IMG/VR virus record: IMGVR_UViG_3300045450_000145
Span: 32,001 to 96,000 of that record
DNA: 64,000 nt
Strand: one strand, 5' to 3'
DNA from: a virus
A program made the position numbers and the translations under genes. The notes beneath the pieces are model-generated. The model did no database searches and had not been told where the DNA came from. It saw only the letters and a list, made by a program, of their open reading frames with translations. Numbering within the stretch: position 1 is the first letter of the stretch; every line of letters begins with the position of its first letter. Below are positions 18,961-28,265 of this stretch, one piece after another.

Positions 18961-19905
18961 ATGGAACAAACTGGACACCTCAACAACGACTTTCGGCTGT
19001 GCTTGAAGCACCTCATGGATCATGGCTATACTGCTAATCCTCGTGGCACGACTAGCAAGGAAATCCTTAACTACAACATCACCCTAACTAATCCTCGTAA
19101 CCGCGTCATTACCTTCAAGGACCGCAACGTCAAGACAGAATACTTGATGGGTGAACTAATCTGGTATACTAGCGGCGAAGACACCCTTGACGGCATTCTT
19201 CCTTACTCCAAGTTTTGGGCTAACATTACTAACTCTGGCAGTGAGCATCAGTACGATGCCAATACTGTCAATTCCAACTATGGCAACCGTCTCTTCGGCG
19301 TTACTAAGTTGGCTGCGTTCTCGGGCATGAATCAGTGGAACAATACTATCAATATCTTGAAGAATGACAAGGATTCTCGTCAAGCGCTGATGAACATTCA
19401 CGTGCCATCTGACCGCCATACCGGCAACAAGGACGTACCATGCACCATCGCGCTCCAGTGGTTCATTCGTGACAACAAGCTATCTCTCATTACCTACATG
19501 CGGTCTAATGACATCATCTTAGGTTTTACCAACGATGTCTTCCAATTTACCATGCTACAGGAAGCAATGATGGTAAATCTTCGTGAGTTCTATCCTGACC
19601 TTGAACTTGGCTACTACTATCACAACGCAGGATCGATGCACGTCTATGATCGTCACTTCGAGATGGCAGACAAGATCATCAATGCTGAGAATGCATTTGA
19701 CATGAACATGATTCCGATGGATAAGTTCAACTTGGATATTGTTAATGCTCTAGTGAGTGTCGAGTGTGAGTGGCGTAACAATCACGTTAAGTTCGAGAAC
19801 ACCGTTGATTGGGAGCAACTAACTCCATACTGGCAGCTGTGCATGAAGGCCTTCATGGAGAAAGATGAAGAAGCAATGCACCAAATCTTCGGCATTGAGG
19901 ACTAA
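18961..19905 (+). CDS. thymidylate-synthase-fold dCMP hydroxymethylase/hydroxylase (T4 gp42-like)
   Basis: DSRQA, catalytic VPCT, MRSNDIILGFTNDVFQF with Asp at the position where dUMP-specific ThyA has Asn, AGSMHVY..H; a canonical ThyA exists separately at 44088. Confidence 0.85.
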   Translation: MEQTGHLNNDFRLCLKHLMDHGYTANPRGTTSKEILNYNITLTNPRNRVITFKDRNVKTEYLMGELIWYTSGEDTLDGILPYSKFWANITNSGSEHQYDANTVNSNYGNRLFGVTKLAAFSGMNQWNNTINILKNDKDSRQALMNIHVPSDRHTGNKDVPCTIALQWFIRDNKLSLITYMRSNDIILGFTNDVFQFTMLQEAMMVNLREFYPDLELGYYYHNAGSMHVYDRHFEMADKIINAENAFDMNMIPMDKFNLDIVNALVSVECEWRNNHVKFENTVDWEQLTPYWQLCMKAFMEKDEEAMHQIFGIED

Positions 19906-19913
19906 AAATAATG

Positions 19914-19951
19914 TATAATGGCAAGTTAGGGATAAAGCTTCCTAACTTGCC
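19914..19951 (+). promoter_or_regulatory. TATAAT followed immediately by an 11-bp inverted repeat
   Basis: TATAAT 19914-19919; GGCAAGTTAGG (19920-19930) / CCTAACTTGCC (19941-19951); SD AAGGA just after. Confidence 0.55.
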
Positions 19952-19963
19952 AAAAGGAACTAA

Positions 19964-21715
19964 ATGCGATACGAAAAACAAATTCTTGAAGCCTACGAGC
20001 GAATCGGCTTTAAGCCACGAGATAAGCAAGTTGAGCACATTAATAAGATTCTGATCGCGTTTCTTGACGAACAATTCAAGAACGTTATTTTGTCTGCGCC
20101 GACAGGTACTGGTAAATCCATCATCGGGGCGGTGGTGGCCGATGTAGTTCAAACCATCAAGAATCCTGGCGTAAATCGCGGCGCATCATTTCTGCTCACT
20201 GCGACTAACGTATTAGCTGAGCAATACCACGAAACTTTCGTTGACGACGATGCCCCACACGACGAGGTCTTCCACATCATCAAGGGCGCCGGCAACTATG
20301 AATGTGCCGCATTGTCTGAACCACAAGAGCCACAATCTGCCGAAAATTGCGCCATCATGCTTTTCAAGAAGAGCGGCATGGATGACATTATCAGCCAATA
20401 TTGTGATAGCTGTGAATTCCAATTCAGCCGGAAGATGAAGGAAAAGGCGCGGCACCTAATCACAAACTATTCATACTATTTCGTTGACCGCATGTACTCG
20501 CAGCACCCAATGGAGAAGCGAGCAGTTTGTGTCTTCGACGAAGCCCACCTATTGAATGACCTTTTCACTGAGCATAATGCAATTTACTTTAGTGAGAAAA
20601 GGCTTCACACAATGGCTGACGAGATTTCTGAAAGCTTAAAGTTGGGCAACACTGACATCTATAAAAAGATCAAATTAATTAAGGACCACCTCGTCGCCAA
20701 AAAGATCACCGAAGATAACTACAAGACATATCTGAAGACGCTACTTGAAGTGTACAATGACATCTCAGATGCAGCAAAGAAGGAAGCAGAGCGTAACGTC
20801 CGCTCTCAAAGCACCTACTTGAAATTAAACAAGCTCAGCAAGAAGTACTTCAATTTTGGGTGCAAAATTGATGACCTATTCATCTTTGACTATCCTCACG
20901 TCTTTGAATTCAAGGAAAAGGATGTCAAGAAGGGCAATAACGACAACGAGATTTCTGTCAAGCCCATCTTTATTGGTGAGATGTTCCAAGCGCTAGATAA
21001 TGCCGATCACAACTTGCTAATGAGCGCCACCATCAGTGAGCAGTATGCGAAGAGAACCATGGAGTTACCTGGCACTACGAAGCACATTCGGCTTGAGCCA
21101 CAATTCCCACCTGCAAACAAGAAGGTAATCTTCTTCAAGACGCAAAACTTGAACTACACCTCGATGAAAGACCCAGTTACGACCAAGAAACTGTGTGCGA
21201 CGACTTATCAGATTGTGAAGCACCATACTGACAAGGGAGAGCGCGGCATTATCTTGGCTCCGTCCTTCAATGTAACTCAGTCTTTGGCTGAAACTTTGCG
21301 CATGATGGGAAATGAGTATAAAGTGTTTGAGCATGAACGTGGTCAGAAGCTGGCCGACATTCTTGAGGACTTTAAGGCTTATACTGGAAAGCCTGCGGTA
21401 TTGCTGACTCCATCAGGCTTCGAAGGTGTTGACTTGCCAGGTGACTTGAGTAGATTCCAGATCATTGTCAAGATGCCATTCGCCTCACTTGGCGATAAGC
21501 GAATTGCGCACATTTTAAGTGTATATCCTGACATTTATGGTCTAACTGCGCTAATGAAAGTCGTGCAAGGTGCAGGCCGGTCGGTAAGATCACATGCAGA
21601 CTGGGCGACCACTTACATTCTAGATAACGCAGCTCAGCGATCTTGGGCCGCCAAAAACAATGAATGGACTGACGAATTTTCCACCAGTTACACTTCACAA
21701 TTAACGCAGGATTAA
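19964..21715 (+). CDS. DinG/XPD-family SF2 helicase
   Basis: APTGTGKS, four spaced Cys (YEC..ENC..CDSC; possible Fe-S), DEAH, EGVDLPGD..R..IIVKMPF, QGAGRSVRS..DW. Confidence 0.9.
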   Translation: MRYEKQILEAYERIGFKPRDKQVEHINKILIAFLDEQFKNVILSAPTGTGKSIIGAVVADVVQTIKNPGVNRGASFLLTATNVLAEQYHETFVDDDAPHDEVFHIIKGAGNYECAALSEPQEPQSAENCAIMLFKKSGMDDIISQYCDSCEFQFSRKMKEKARHLITNYSYYFVDRMYSQHPMEKRAVCVFDEAHLLNDLFTEHNAIYFSEKRLHTMADEISESLKLGNTDIYKKIKLIKDHLVAKKITEDNYKTYLKTLLEVYNDISDAAKKEAERNVRSQSTYLKLNKLSKKYFNFGCKIDDLFIFDYPHVFEFKEKDVKKGNNDNEISVKPIFIGEMFQALDNADHNLLMSATISEQYAKRTMELPGTTKHIRLEPQFPPANKKVIFFKTQNLNYTSMKDPVTTKKLCATTYQIVKHHTDKGERGIILAPSFNVTQSLAETLRMMGNEYKVFEHERGQKLADILEDFKAYTGKPAVLLTPSGFEGVDLPGDLSRFQIIVKMPFASLGDKRIAHILSVYPDIYGLTALMKVVQGAGRSVRSHADWATTYILDNAAQRSWAAKNNEWTDEFSTSYTSQLTQD

Positions 21716-21734
21716 AAATTGTTATAATTCACTT

Positions 21735-22913
21735 ATGAATTACAAACCCGACCCGTTGGCTTCCCGCCGAGACCAAGCAATTGACAAAGCACTCGGCATT
21801 AAGCGGCGAAAGAGAAACAAATCTATGAAAATTCGAAGAAAGGTTATGCCCATGTCACATCCAATCCGCTCATACGAAGCAATGGACGACACCCACGTTT
21901 ACAAGCAGGGTGTTCGTCGAGATGAAGTCGTGTTGGGAGTTTACGGCACCGAGGAATGGATCGTCAGCGACTTCGCTCGTGATCAATACCTAGCAGGCAG
22001 CCGGTGTGTTCAGATCGACAACATCTACATTGTCCCGGCCGGCTTCAATCTAGCTGAGTGGGTGATGAGTATTACTGACGACCAGTTTAACTTCTTCTCC
22101 TCAAACCGCGTGTTGATCCGCAGCACCAATGCTGATGGTAAACCAGACTGCCTAATTAAGGTAACTTCAGGTCGTGGTAAGATGGAAGTCGAGCTGCTAG
22201 GTGAAGTCAGCAAAGTCAAGCAGTGGGATGGTAAAATCAGCGCCATGTTCAAGAAGGCGCAAAACCTAATTCAGTGGGTTTACAGCCAACGTGGTGATGA
22301 AATTAGCGTGCCACTAAATTACCGCCCACCGGTCGAAGGCGCATATCCATTCCTCGATAAGCCAATCATGGACTACATCGATGACTACCTCAACAGCAGC
22401 GCCAGCATCTTGATCCTGCAAGGTCCACCAGGTGTGGGTAAAACCAGCTTAATTAAAGCGCTCATTCACCGTAGCGCCGCAAATGCTAAAGTTGCATACG
22501 ATGAGAAGGTGATGGCAGATGATAATCTCTTCGCGATGTGGATCGAAGATGACAGCCGCTTCATGGTTCTGGAAGATGCTGATGCATTCCTGAAAACTCG
22601 TGAAGATGGAAACACGATGATGCACAAGTTCCTCAACGTGTCAGATGGATTGATTTCAGCTGCAGATAAGAAGCTAGTTTTTTCCACCAACCTGGACAAC
22701 ATTAAGGACATCGATTCAGCTCTAATGCGACCAGGCCGGTGCTACGACGTTGTCGAAGCCCGCGCCCTAACTGCTAAGGAAGCTCAGAATGTATGCGATC
22801 TAAATCCGGACGCGAGAATGCGCAGCGACAAGTCATCATACACACTAGCTGAACTGTTCTCCGAGATTGGTTCGTCAGAAAAGAAAAAGGACCGCAGAAT
22901 CGGCTTCCTATGA
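21735..22913 (+). CDS. AAA+ ATPase
   Basis: LQGPPGVGKT, VLEDAD, LNVSDGL, FSTN, DSALMRPGRC; start codon uncertain. Confidence 0.9.
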   Translation: MNYKPDPLASRRDQAIDKALGIKRRKRNKSMKIRRKVMPMSHPIRSYEAMDDTHVYKQGVRRDEVVLGVYGTEEWIVSDFARDQYLAGSRCVQIDNIYIVPAGFNLAEWVMSITDDQFNFFSSNRVLIRSTNADGKPDCLIKVTSGRGKMEVELLGEVSKVKQWDGKISAMFKKAQNLIQWVYSQRGDEISVPLNYRPPVEGAYPFLDKPIMDYIDDYLNSSASILILQGPPGVGKTSLIKALIHRSAANAKVAYDEKVMADDNLFAMWIEDDSRFMVLEDADAFLKTREDGNTMMHKFLNVSDGLISAADKKLVFSTNLDNIKDIDSALMRPGRCYDVVEARALTAKEAQNVCDLNPDARMRSDKSSYTLAELFSEIGSSEKKKDRRIGFL

Positions 22914-23206
22914 TCTTGTCATCACGCACCAAGTCATACACCATGGGGGAGGGCGAATACGCTCTTCACCTTAATGCCGCACAACTTGAACTAATCACTG
23001 CATATTTGAATAATACCATCTTAGGTGATAGTGGTTATAAGGGTGCGGCATTTGATTTAGCACTAGCCATTGAGAAGAAAATGGGGCCTGATTTCTTCGA
23101 CCACAGCACCAAACAGGTAATGCTGTGTGTTAACACGTTAGACAAAAATGGTGTTATAATTGACACTATTGATGGATGTGATGCTGCAATTGAGGTAAAA
23201 GAATGA
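22910..23206 (+). CDS. hypothetical protein
   Basis: 98 aa, ATGA-coupled to both neighbours. Confidence 0.7.
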   Translation: MILSSRTKSYTMGEGEYALHLNAAQLELITAYLNNTILGDSGYKGAAFDLALAIEKKMGPDFFDHSTKQVMLCVNTLDKNGVIIDTIDGCDAAIEVKE

Positions 23207-23778
23207 AGAAGATTTTTGCAATCGAAGGGCTTGATCGACTTGGTAAGTCAACTTTAATTAAGAACATCCAACATAAGCTTGGCTTTTACCAAGTCATTCA
23301 TTTCTCTAAGCCTGTGGTTCTAGACTGCAAAATAGCTCTTTATAAAAATTTAGGTGGTGACACGCTAGAAAATCGGCGCGAAGCACTAGCAATGTATCAA
23401 AGCGAGTCTTTTTGTAATTCCTTTGTTTTAACTAAAAGTTGCGCTAATATTATCTTTGATAGGTGGCACCTAGGTGAAGCTGTATATGCAAAAAGGTATC
23501 GCGGGTATGATGGTGATTATGTCTTTTGTTTAGAACATATCGGCGATTTAGATAAAGTTAGGCTTATCTTACTAACTGAGAACTTTGACGTGAGCAACCA
23601 TTTCATTAGTGATGGTGAAAGCTTTGATGATAGCAAACGTCTAGAAGAGCAGGAAGACTTTAAACGTGCATTTAATATGTCGCGTATTAAAGACAAGCGA
23701 ATCATCTGCGTAACTGACCCACTGACGGGCTTATTCAGATCAGAAAAAGATATTTTAGCGGAAGCACTGGCGGATTAA
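23203..23778 (+). CDS. thymidylate-kinase-like dNMP kinase
   Basis: IFAIEGLDRLGKST P-loop; IIFDRWHLGE.VY. Confidence 0.85.
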   Translation: MKKIFAIEGLDRLGKSTLIKNIQHKLGFYQVIHFSKPVVLDCKIALYKNLGGDTLENRREALAMYQSESFCNSFVLTKSCANIIFDRWHLGEAVYAKRYRGYDGDYVFCLEHIGDLDKVRLILLTENFDVSNHFISDGESFDDSKRLEEQEDFKRAFNMSRIKDKRIICVTDPLTGLFRSEKDILAEALAD

Positions 23779-23919
23779 GATGAATGCTGATACCTGGATT
23801 TTACTTATTGCGGCGGTTGTAATTTTCGGGTTTATGTATTCGATGGAATACATCCGGCATGACGTCACTAAGCCGATTATTTTAGTCGTTTTAATTACAA
23901 TTTTGTTAATAATTTTGAT

Positions 23920-24429
23920 ATGAGCTTATTTGGAAAACAATTCGATAACTTAGATCGTGACGTGCAGTCAAAATATAGTCGCATGCTTCGTATTAGAATG
24001 CTAGCATATATGCAGGCGCTGCGACGAGGATATAATGCTGATATTAAGGCGGTAATTATCGGTGATACTCCCGGACCGGGTCGGCCTACTGACCCAAACT
24101 ATCACCACACGCCATTTTACTCAACTAAGAATTCTTCATTCTGGTTGAATAAACAACTCATTGAAAATGGTATCGATGAAAATAAGCTGCTTTGGTATAA
24201 TGCACAGCTTGCAGATAATTCATACCTCGATAAGGTACATGTTGAGGACGTGCTACGTTACAAGCCACAATTTATTGTATTAGGCGGCAATGCAGAAAAG
24301 TGGTTCAAAAAGGCATTACCTAATATGCCTTATGTTAAGGTGTACCATCCACAATTTGCTAAGCGCTTCAAATCTAAGGAACAATACCAACTCATTGAAG
24401 TATTAAAGAATGCCCTATCCTCCTCATGA
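23920..24429 (+). CDS. uracil-DNA-glycosylase-superfamily-like protein
   Basis: VIIGDTPG motif A-like, PF, N, FIVLGGNA and terminal YHPQ motif B-like. Confidence 0.6.
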   Translation: MSLFGKQFDNLDRDVQSKYSRMLRIRMLAYMQALRRGYNADIKAVIIGDTPGPGRPTDPNYHHTPFYSTKNSSFWLNKQLIENGIDENKLLWYNAQLADNSYLDKVHVEDVLRYKPQFIVLGGNAEKWFKKALPNMPYVKVYHPQFAKRFKSKEQYQLIEVLKNALSSS

Positions 24430-24643
24430 GCTGAATGAAAAGGAGCTGATGGAATATCTTACGAAGTATGAAAATGGTGAGATTATTCCAGCTCTAATTA
24501 TGCATCAAGTGTTCATGCTTGCAAGAGCCGAACTAAAAAACAAGGAGTGGTTAAATTACCTAACCACACGTCACATTTCACAATATGGAAAGCCTCTAGA
24601 TGATGTCGCAATTTACCCCAATGACCGAAGACGAGCTCGATGA
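24410..24643 (+). CDS. hypothetical protein
   Basis: 77 aa; a short similar ORF (MTEDELDEWIAYYNAG...) runs at 24621..24746. Confidence 0.55.
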   Translation: MPYPPHELNEKELMEYLTKYENGEIIPALIMHQVFMLARAELKNKEWLNYLTTRHISQYGKPLDDVAIYPNDRRRAR

Positions 24644-24742
24644 ATGGATTGCGTATTATAATGCCGGCAATGAGCTTGAAGATGACATCATGATAAAGTT
24701 ATTTGCCAGTTTGAAATATTACCTAAACAGGGAAAATGTAAA

Positions 24743-25030
24743 ATGAGAAGCATTGACATTCCACCAGGCGCGCTAAAGGTGACACGTTTTAAGCAATATG
24801 ACGATCACCCTGAAGTGTGGGAAGATTATATTTCAAGTTGTGGCGGTGACACTGGCACGGGTGAATACTATATTACAACCGCAGATGAAGAAGTCACATA
24901 CAATGGAGGAAACTCCTATACAACAAAAGAAATTAAGAGACACATTCGTGTTAATAAAGGTGACTATATTTTTGACATGCCAGGTGGCAATTATATTGTA
25001 GTGCCTAAACCGAGAAAATCTAGTAGTTAA
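24743..25030 (+). CDS. hypothetical protein
   Basis: 95 aa; VNKGDYI motif. Confidence 0.65.
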   Translation: MRSIDIPPGALKVTRFKQYDDHPEVWEDYISSCGGDTGTGEYYITTADEEVTYNGGNSYTTKEIKRHIRVNKGDYIFDMPGGNYIVVPKPRKSSS

Positions 25031-25049
25031 TTTAAGGTATTGATGAGGA

Positions 25050-25433
25050 TTGAGAATGGAAGAAAATTTTTCATATATGGAAGATGCCGCAGATAAAATT
25101 TGCCATGCTCTTATAAATGACCCTGATAGGTGGATAGTCTCAACATATTCTCTTTTGGATATTAAAACTAAAATTGACTACTGGATCGGCAGTCCTGAGG
25201 GATACATCATCAATACTTGGAATGGCAACTCAAATGATCGGGTTTTCTCGGATAAACAAGGAAAACGAATCTATGATGCCTTCCAAGCTATGCTAAAGTA
25301 CAAAGAAAGCGAGGCGCAGAAAAGGGTTTTAAAGGGGATGTGCTCTAATACTTCATTAAAAAATCTAGACGATTCTACTTCTAAGCAACCTAATAAAAAT
25401 AAAACTAGTTTTTGGAAGTGGCTCTGTAGCTAA
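25050..25433 (+). CDS. hypothetical protein
   Basis: about 125 aa; start codon uncertain (25050 or 25056). Confidence 0.65.
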   Translation: MRMEENFSYMEDAADKICHALINDPDRWIVSTYSLLDIKTKIDYWIGSPEGYIINTWNGNSNDRVFSDKQGKRIYDAFQAMLKYKESEAQKRVLKGMCSNTSLKNLDDSTSKQPNKNKTSFWKWLCS

Positions 25434-25469
25434 GATAAGTAAAAGAGTTAAACTCATTTAGGAATAAAG

Positions 25470-26348
25470 ATGAAAGTTTTGGTGACCGGCGGAAGCGGGT
25501 ATATTGGCGCTCATGTGTTGATGGAATTAACAAAGCGGGGCGTTAATTATATTGACGTTATTGATAAGAAATTAACTACGTCACCAAATGACATTTCTTA
25601 TTTGGCAACTAATACTTATGATGGAGACATCTTGAGCGAAGGCGCTCTCAGTATGCTAAGAAAGGACTACGATGCAATCATTCACCTTGCTGCGTATATT
25701 TCAGTTGAAGAGAGCGTGAAGGAGCCAGTCAAATATTGGCGCAATAATTTACTTTCAACGAGCAAAATCATTGATCATGCCAAAGGTGCACATTTAATAT
25801 TTGCATCTACAGGAACTGCATTTAACCCTAATAACCCTTATGCATATTCTAAGTTAGCGTGTGAGCTTGAAATTATTAAAAGGCTTAAAACCAACTATAC
25901 TAATTTTAGGTTCTATAATGTTAGTGGCATGCATTATGTTTTCAAGCCGACTGGTGAAGCTACTCACCTTATTCGACGGGCTGCAATGGCCGCTCGAGGT
26001 CTTATTCCAGAACTAACTGTATTTGGTAATGACTGGGATACTTTGGACGGCACGTGCGTTCGAGACTACATCCACGTTAAAGACCTAGCAGCATCTATCG
26101 TAAATGCGGTCTTTGAAGGTCCAGCTAACACCCCATATGAATGTTTAGGCACTGGTGATGGTTATACCGTAATGCAAGTTATTCAATCGATGAAAAAGGT
26201 AAGCAATACGGATTTCAAGGTTAATGTTTCTGACAAACGACCGGGCGATGTGGGAAGTATGATCTGCGATTCACAATACAAACACATCCGTTTGCATTAT
26301 AATTTAGATGACATGTGCAAAAGTGCATATGAAACTATTGGAGATTAA
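25470..26348 (+). CDS. galE: UDP-glucose 4-epimerase-like extended SDR
   Basis: VLVTGGSGYIG, IIHLAAYISVEESV..P.KY, YAYSK (YxxxK), FRFYNVSG, FGNDWDTLDGTCVRDYIHV.DLA. Confidence 0.92.
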   Translation: MKVLVTGGSGYIGAHVLMELTKRGVNYIDVIDKKLTTSPNDISYLATNTYDGDILSEGALSMLRKDYDAIIHLAAYISVEESVKEPVKYWRNNLLSTSKIIDHAKGAHLIFASTGTAFNPNNPYAYSKLACELEIIKRLKTNYTNFRFYNVSGMHYVFKPTGEATHLIRRAAMAARGLIPELTVFGNDWDTLDGTCVRDYIHVKDLAASIVNAVFEGPANTPYECLGTGDGYTVMQVIQSMKKVSNTDFKVNVSDKRPGDVGSMICDSQYKHIRLHYNLDDMCKSAYETIGD

Positions 26349-26350
26349 AA

Positions 26351-26542
26351 ATGATCAGAGCATTTTTTACAACATATGTGATTATTGGGATTATCACTTT
26401 AATTGGCTGGATTGCAAATTTAGTGCAACTAGTAAATGGGCCTTCAGTTCTGAAAGACCCTTCCAATGTTACTATCGTTAAAGTGATTGGCGTTCCAGTG
26501 CCGCCAATCGGCGTTATCATGGGTATTATTGGGCTATTTTAA
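26351..26542 (+). CDS. small membrane protein
   Basis: GWIANLVQL...IGVPVPPIGVIMG; two hydrophobic segments. Confidence 0.7.
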   Translation: MIRAFFTTYVIIGIITLIGWIANLVQLVNGPSVLKDPSNVTIVKVIGVPVPPIGVIMGIIGLF

Positions 26543-26544
26543 AA

Positions 26545-27702
26545 ATGAAAATTTTAATTACCGGTTTTAATAAAAATCAGTGCACTAGAAAATTTTACCT
26601 GCGGCAGCAGCTGAAAGTCGTGCCTTCACATTACAGCCTTTTTAACTGCTTGACTGCGATGGGGCATGAAGTTGAACAGCGCCAAGCGCAGATCGGTGAG
26701 GACCTCTCTGCATATGACGAGGTGATAGTCTTTATCGCAGGTCCTCGTCAACTTGTCGCAACTACAGTATTTGAGGGGCTATGGGCCATCTCACAGAAGC
26801 CAGATTGTATCTTGGCTTTTGATGACTGGCAAGTGCCTGACTTATTCAAGGGCGTCGCAAAGTGCCAAGATCAGAAGGAACTATTTGCGCAGTTTATCTT
26901 AGATGTGAATAAGAAAACCGTAGATCAGCTTGAGCCATATGCAGATGCATTTAGTAAGGCGATTGATGTAATTGTCAAGAAGCAGAATCGAATGCTAATA
27001 TCAGCATTTAAAACTGATCATCTAAATGACGACTCATTTGGTGCCCATCTGCTATTTGACAAAATTGATTACCCAAAAGATCGGCTCTTTGTCTATAATC
27101 CAAATCCATATCACCGCAATCGAAAATGGAATGATGAAGATCATGAGGGTGAAGAAGACCCAACATTTAAGCCATCTTTATTATCAGCAACTTGCAATCC
27201 TCGACCAGGCAAGGAACGACGATTTAACTTTGCAAGTTTAGTACAATCTAAAACGCAGAAGTGGTTGAAAAAGCAAGGCTATACTGGCAATCCAAAGAAT
27301 GACGAAGAAGGTGATATTGGTGGGTGGCCGGTTGATTTGTATGGTTCAAAGTCAGATACACAAAAACGTCTAACTGAAGATCAGATGGTGCAGGTGTTTA
27401 CGAGGGATTGGGCATGTCTAATGCCAGCATATGATCACGCTGGTTCTGGCTGGTGGAGAGCGCGCCCATTACAATGCGCGGATGCTCGTTGCATTTTGAT
27501 CGGAGATGACAAGGAACTTGCAGTGTATTATGGTAAAAACTACCCCCTATTTGGCTTAACTGCGAAGGATATTGTTGATATTTCCCTAAATGATTTGAAG
27601 GAAATTACTGACATTCAAGGTGCTCTTTTATATCAAAATCACCCGCTAGATAAACAAATCCAGCAAAAAGAAATTTCAGAAGTTTTAAAGGCGCCAAAAT
27701 GA
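26545..27702 (+). CDS. GT-B glycosyltransferase, probable DNA/base glycosyltransferase
   Basis: MKILITG N-terminal Rossmann strand, LAFDDWQ, C-terminal LMPAYDH.GSGWWRAR..Q.A....ILIGD; size and layout like T-even beta-glucosyltransferase-type enzymes; flanked by galE and glf. Confidence 0.65.
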   Translation: MKILITGFNKNQCTRKFYLRQQLKVVPSHYSLFNCLTAMGHEVEQRQAQIGEDLSAYDEVIVFIAGPRQLVATTVFEGLWAISQKPDCILAFDDWQVPDLFKGVAKCQDQKELFAQFILDVNKKTVDQLEPYADAFSKAIDVIVKKQNRMLISAFKTDHLNDDSFGAHLLFDKIDYPKDRLFVYNPNPYHRNRKWNDEDHEGEEDPTFKPSLLSATCNPRPGKERRFNFASLVQSKTQKWLKKQGYTGNPKNDEEGDIGGWPVDLYGSKSDTQKRLTEDQMVQVFTRDWACLMPAYDHAGSGWWRARPLQCADARCILIGDDKELAVYYGKNYPLFGLTAKDIVDISLNDLKEITDIQGALLYQNHPLDKQIQQKEISEVLKAPK

Positions 27703-28256
27703 ATGTATACACCCTCGAAGAGATGAATGACTTACCGGCAGGCACATGCATTCAAGATGCAAAGCTAAAATTAATTAATAATATTGAATACTATGAAGGT
27801 ACAGTATCATTTCGAGGGTGCTCATTTGAAACTTCAGTCTTAGCGTCAATGTGTGAAGAACGTAATAACACGCCTCATAAAGAACTACTAGAAAAAATGA
27901 GTGTCGCTAGAACGAATAGCGCAATAAAAACATTAAAAGACCTTTCACTTAAGAACAAACGCGAGCGGTTAACAACCTACATTGTAATTAATAACACTGG
28001 CTTGGGCGGTTTACCTATCGGCACAAAACTTATCGACTGCGTGCAAGATACCAGCGATCAAAATTTTATTGTTGGTAAAGCTGAACACACTGGCAGCACG
28101 TGGTGTATTGCAAAATCTAAAGTTCGGCCGATTGCAAATGACACAGCGCAGGAAAATATTTCAGTTCTTCTTAAGCAGGTCATTATTGACTTGGCAAAGC
28201 TACAAGCTGATATACAATATATTGCTGATTTAAATCGCTCATATTATGGAAATTAA
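27699..28256 (+). CDS. hypothetical protein
   Basis: 185 aa, coupled to the GT gene; possible internal duplication (LPAGTCIQD / LPIGTKLIDC). Confidence 0.65.
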   Translation: MNVYTLEEMNDLPAGTCIQDAKLKLINNIEYYEGTVSFRGCSFETSVLASMCEERNNTPHKELLEKMSVARTNSAIKTLKDLSLKNKRERLTTYIVINNTGLGGLPIGTKLIDCVQDTSDQNFIVGKAEHTGSTWCIAKSKVRPIANDTAQENISVLLKQVIIDLAKLQADIQYIADLNRSYYGN

Positions 28257-28265
28257 AGGATAAAG

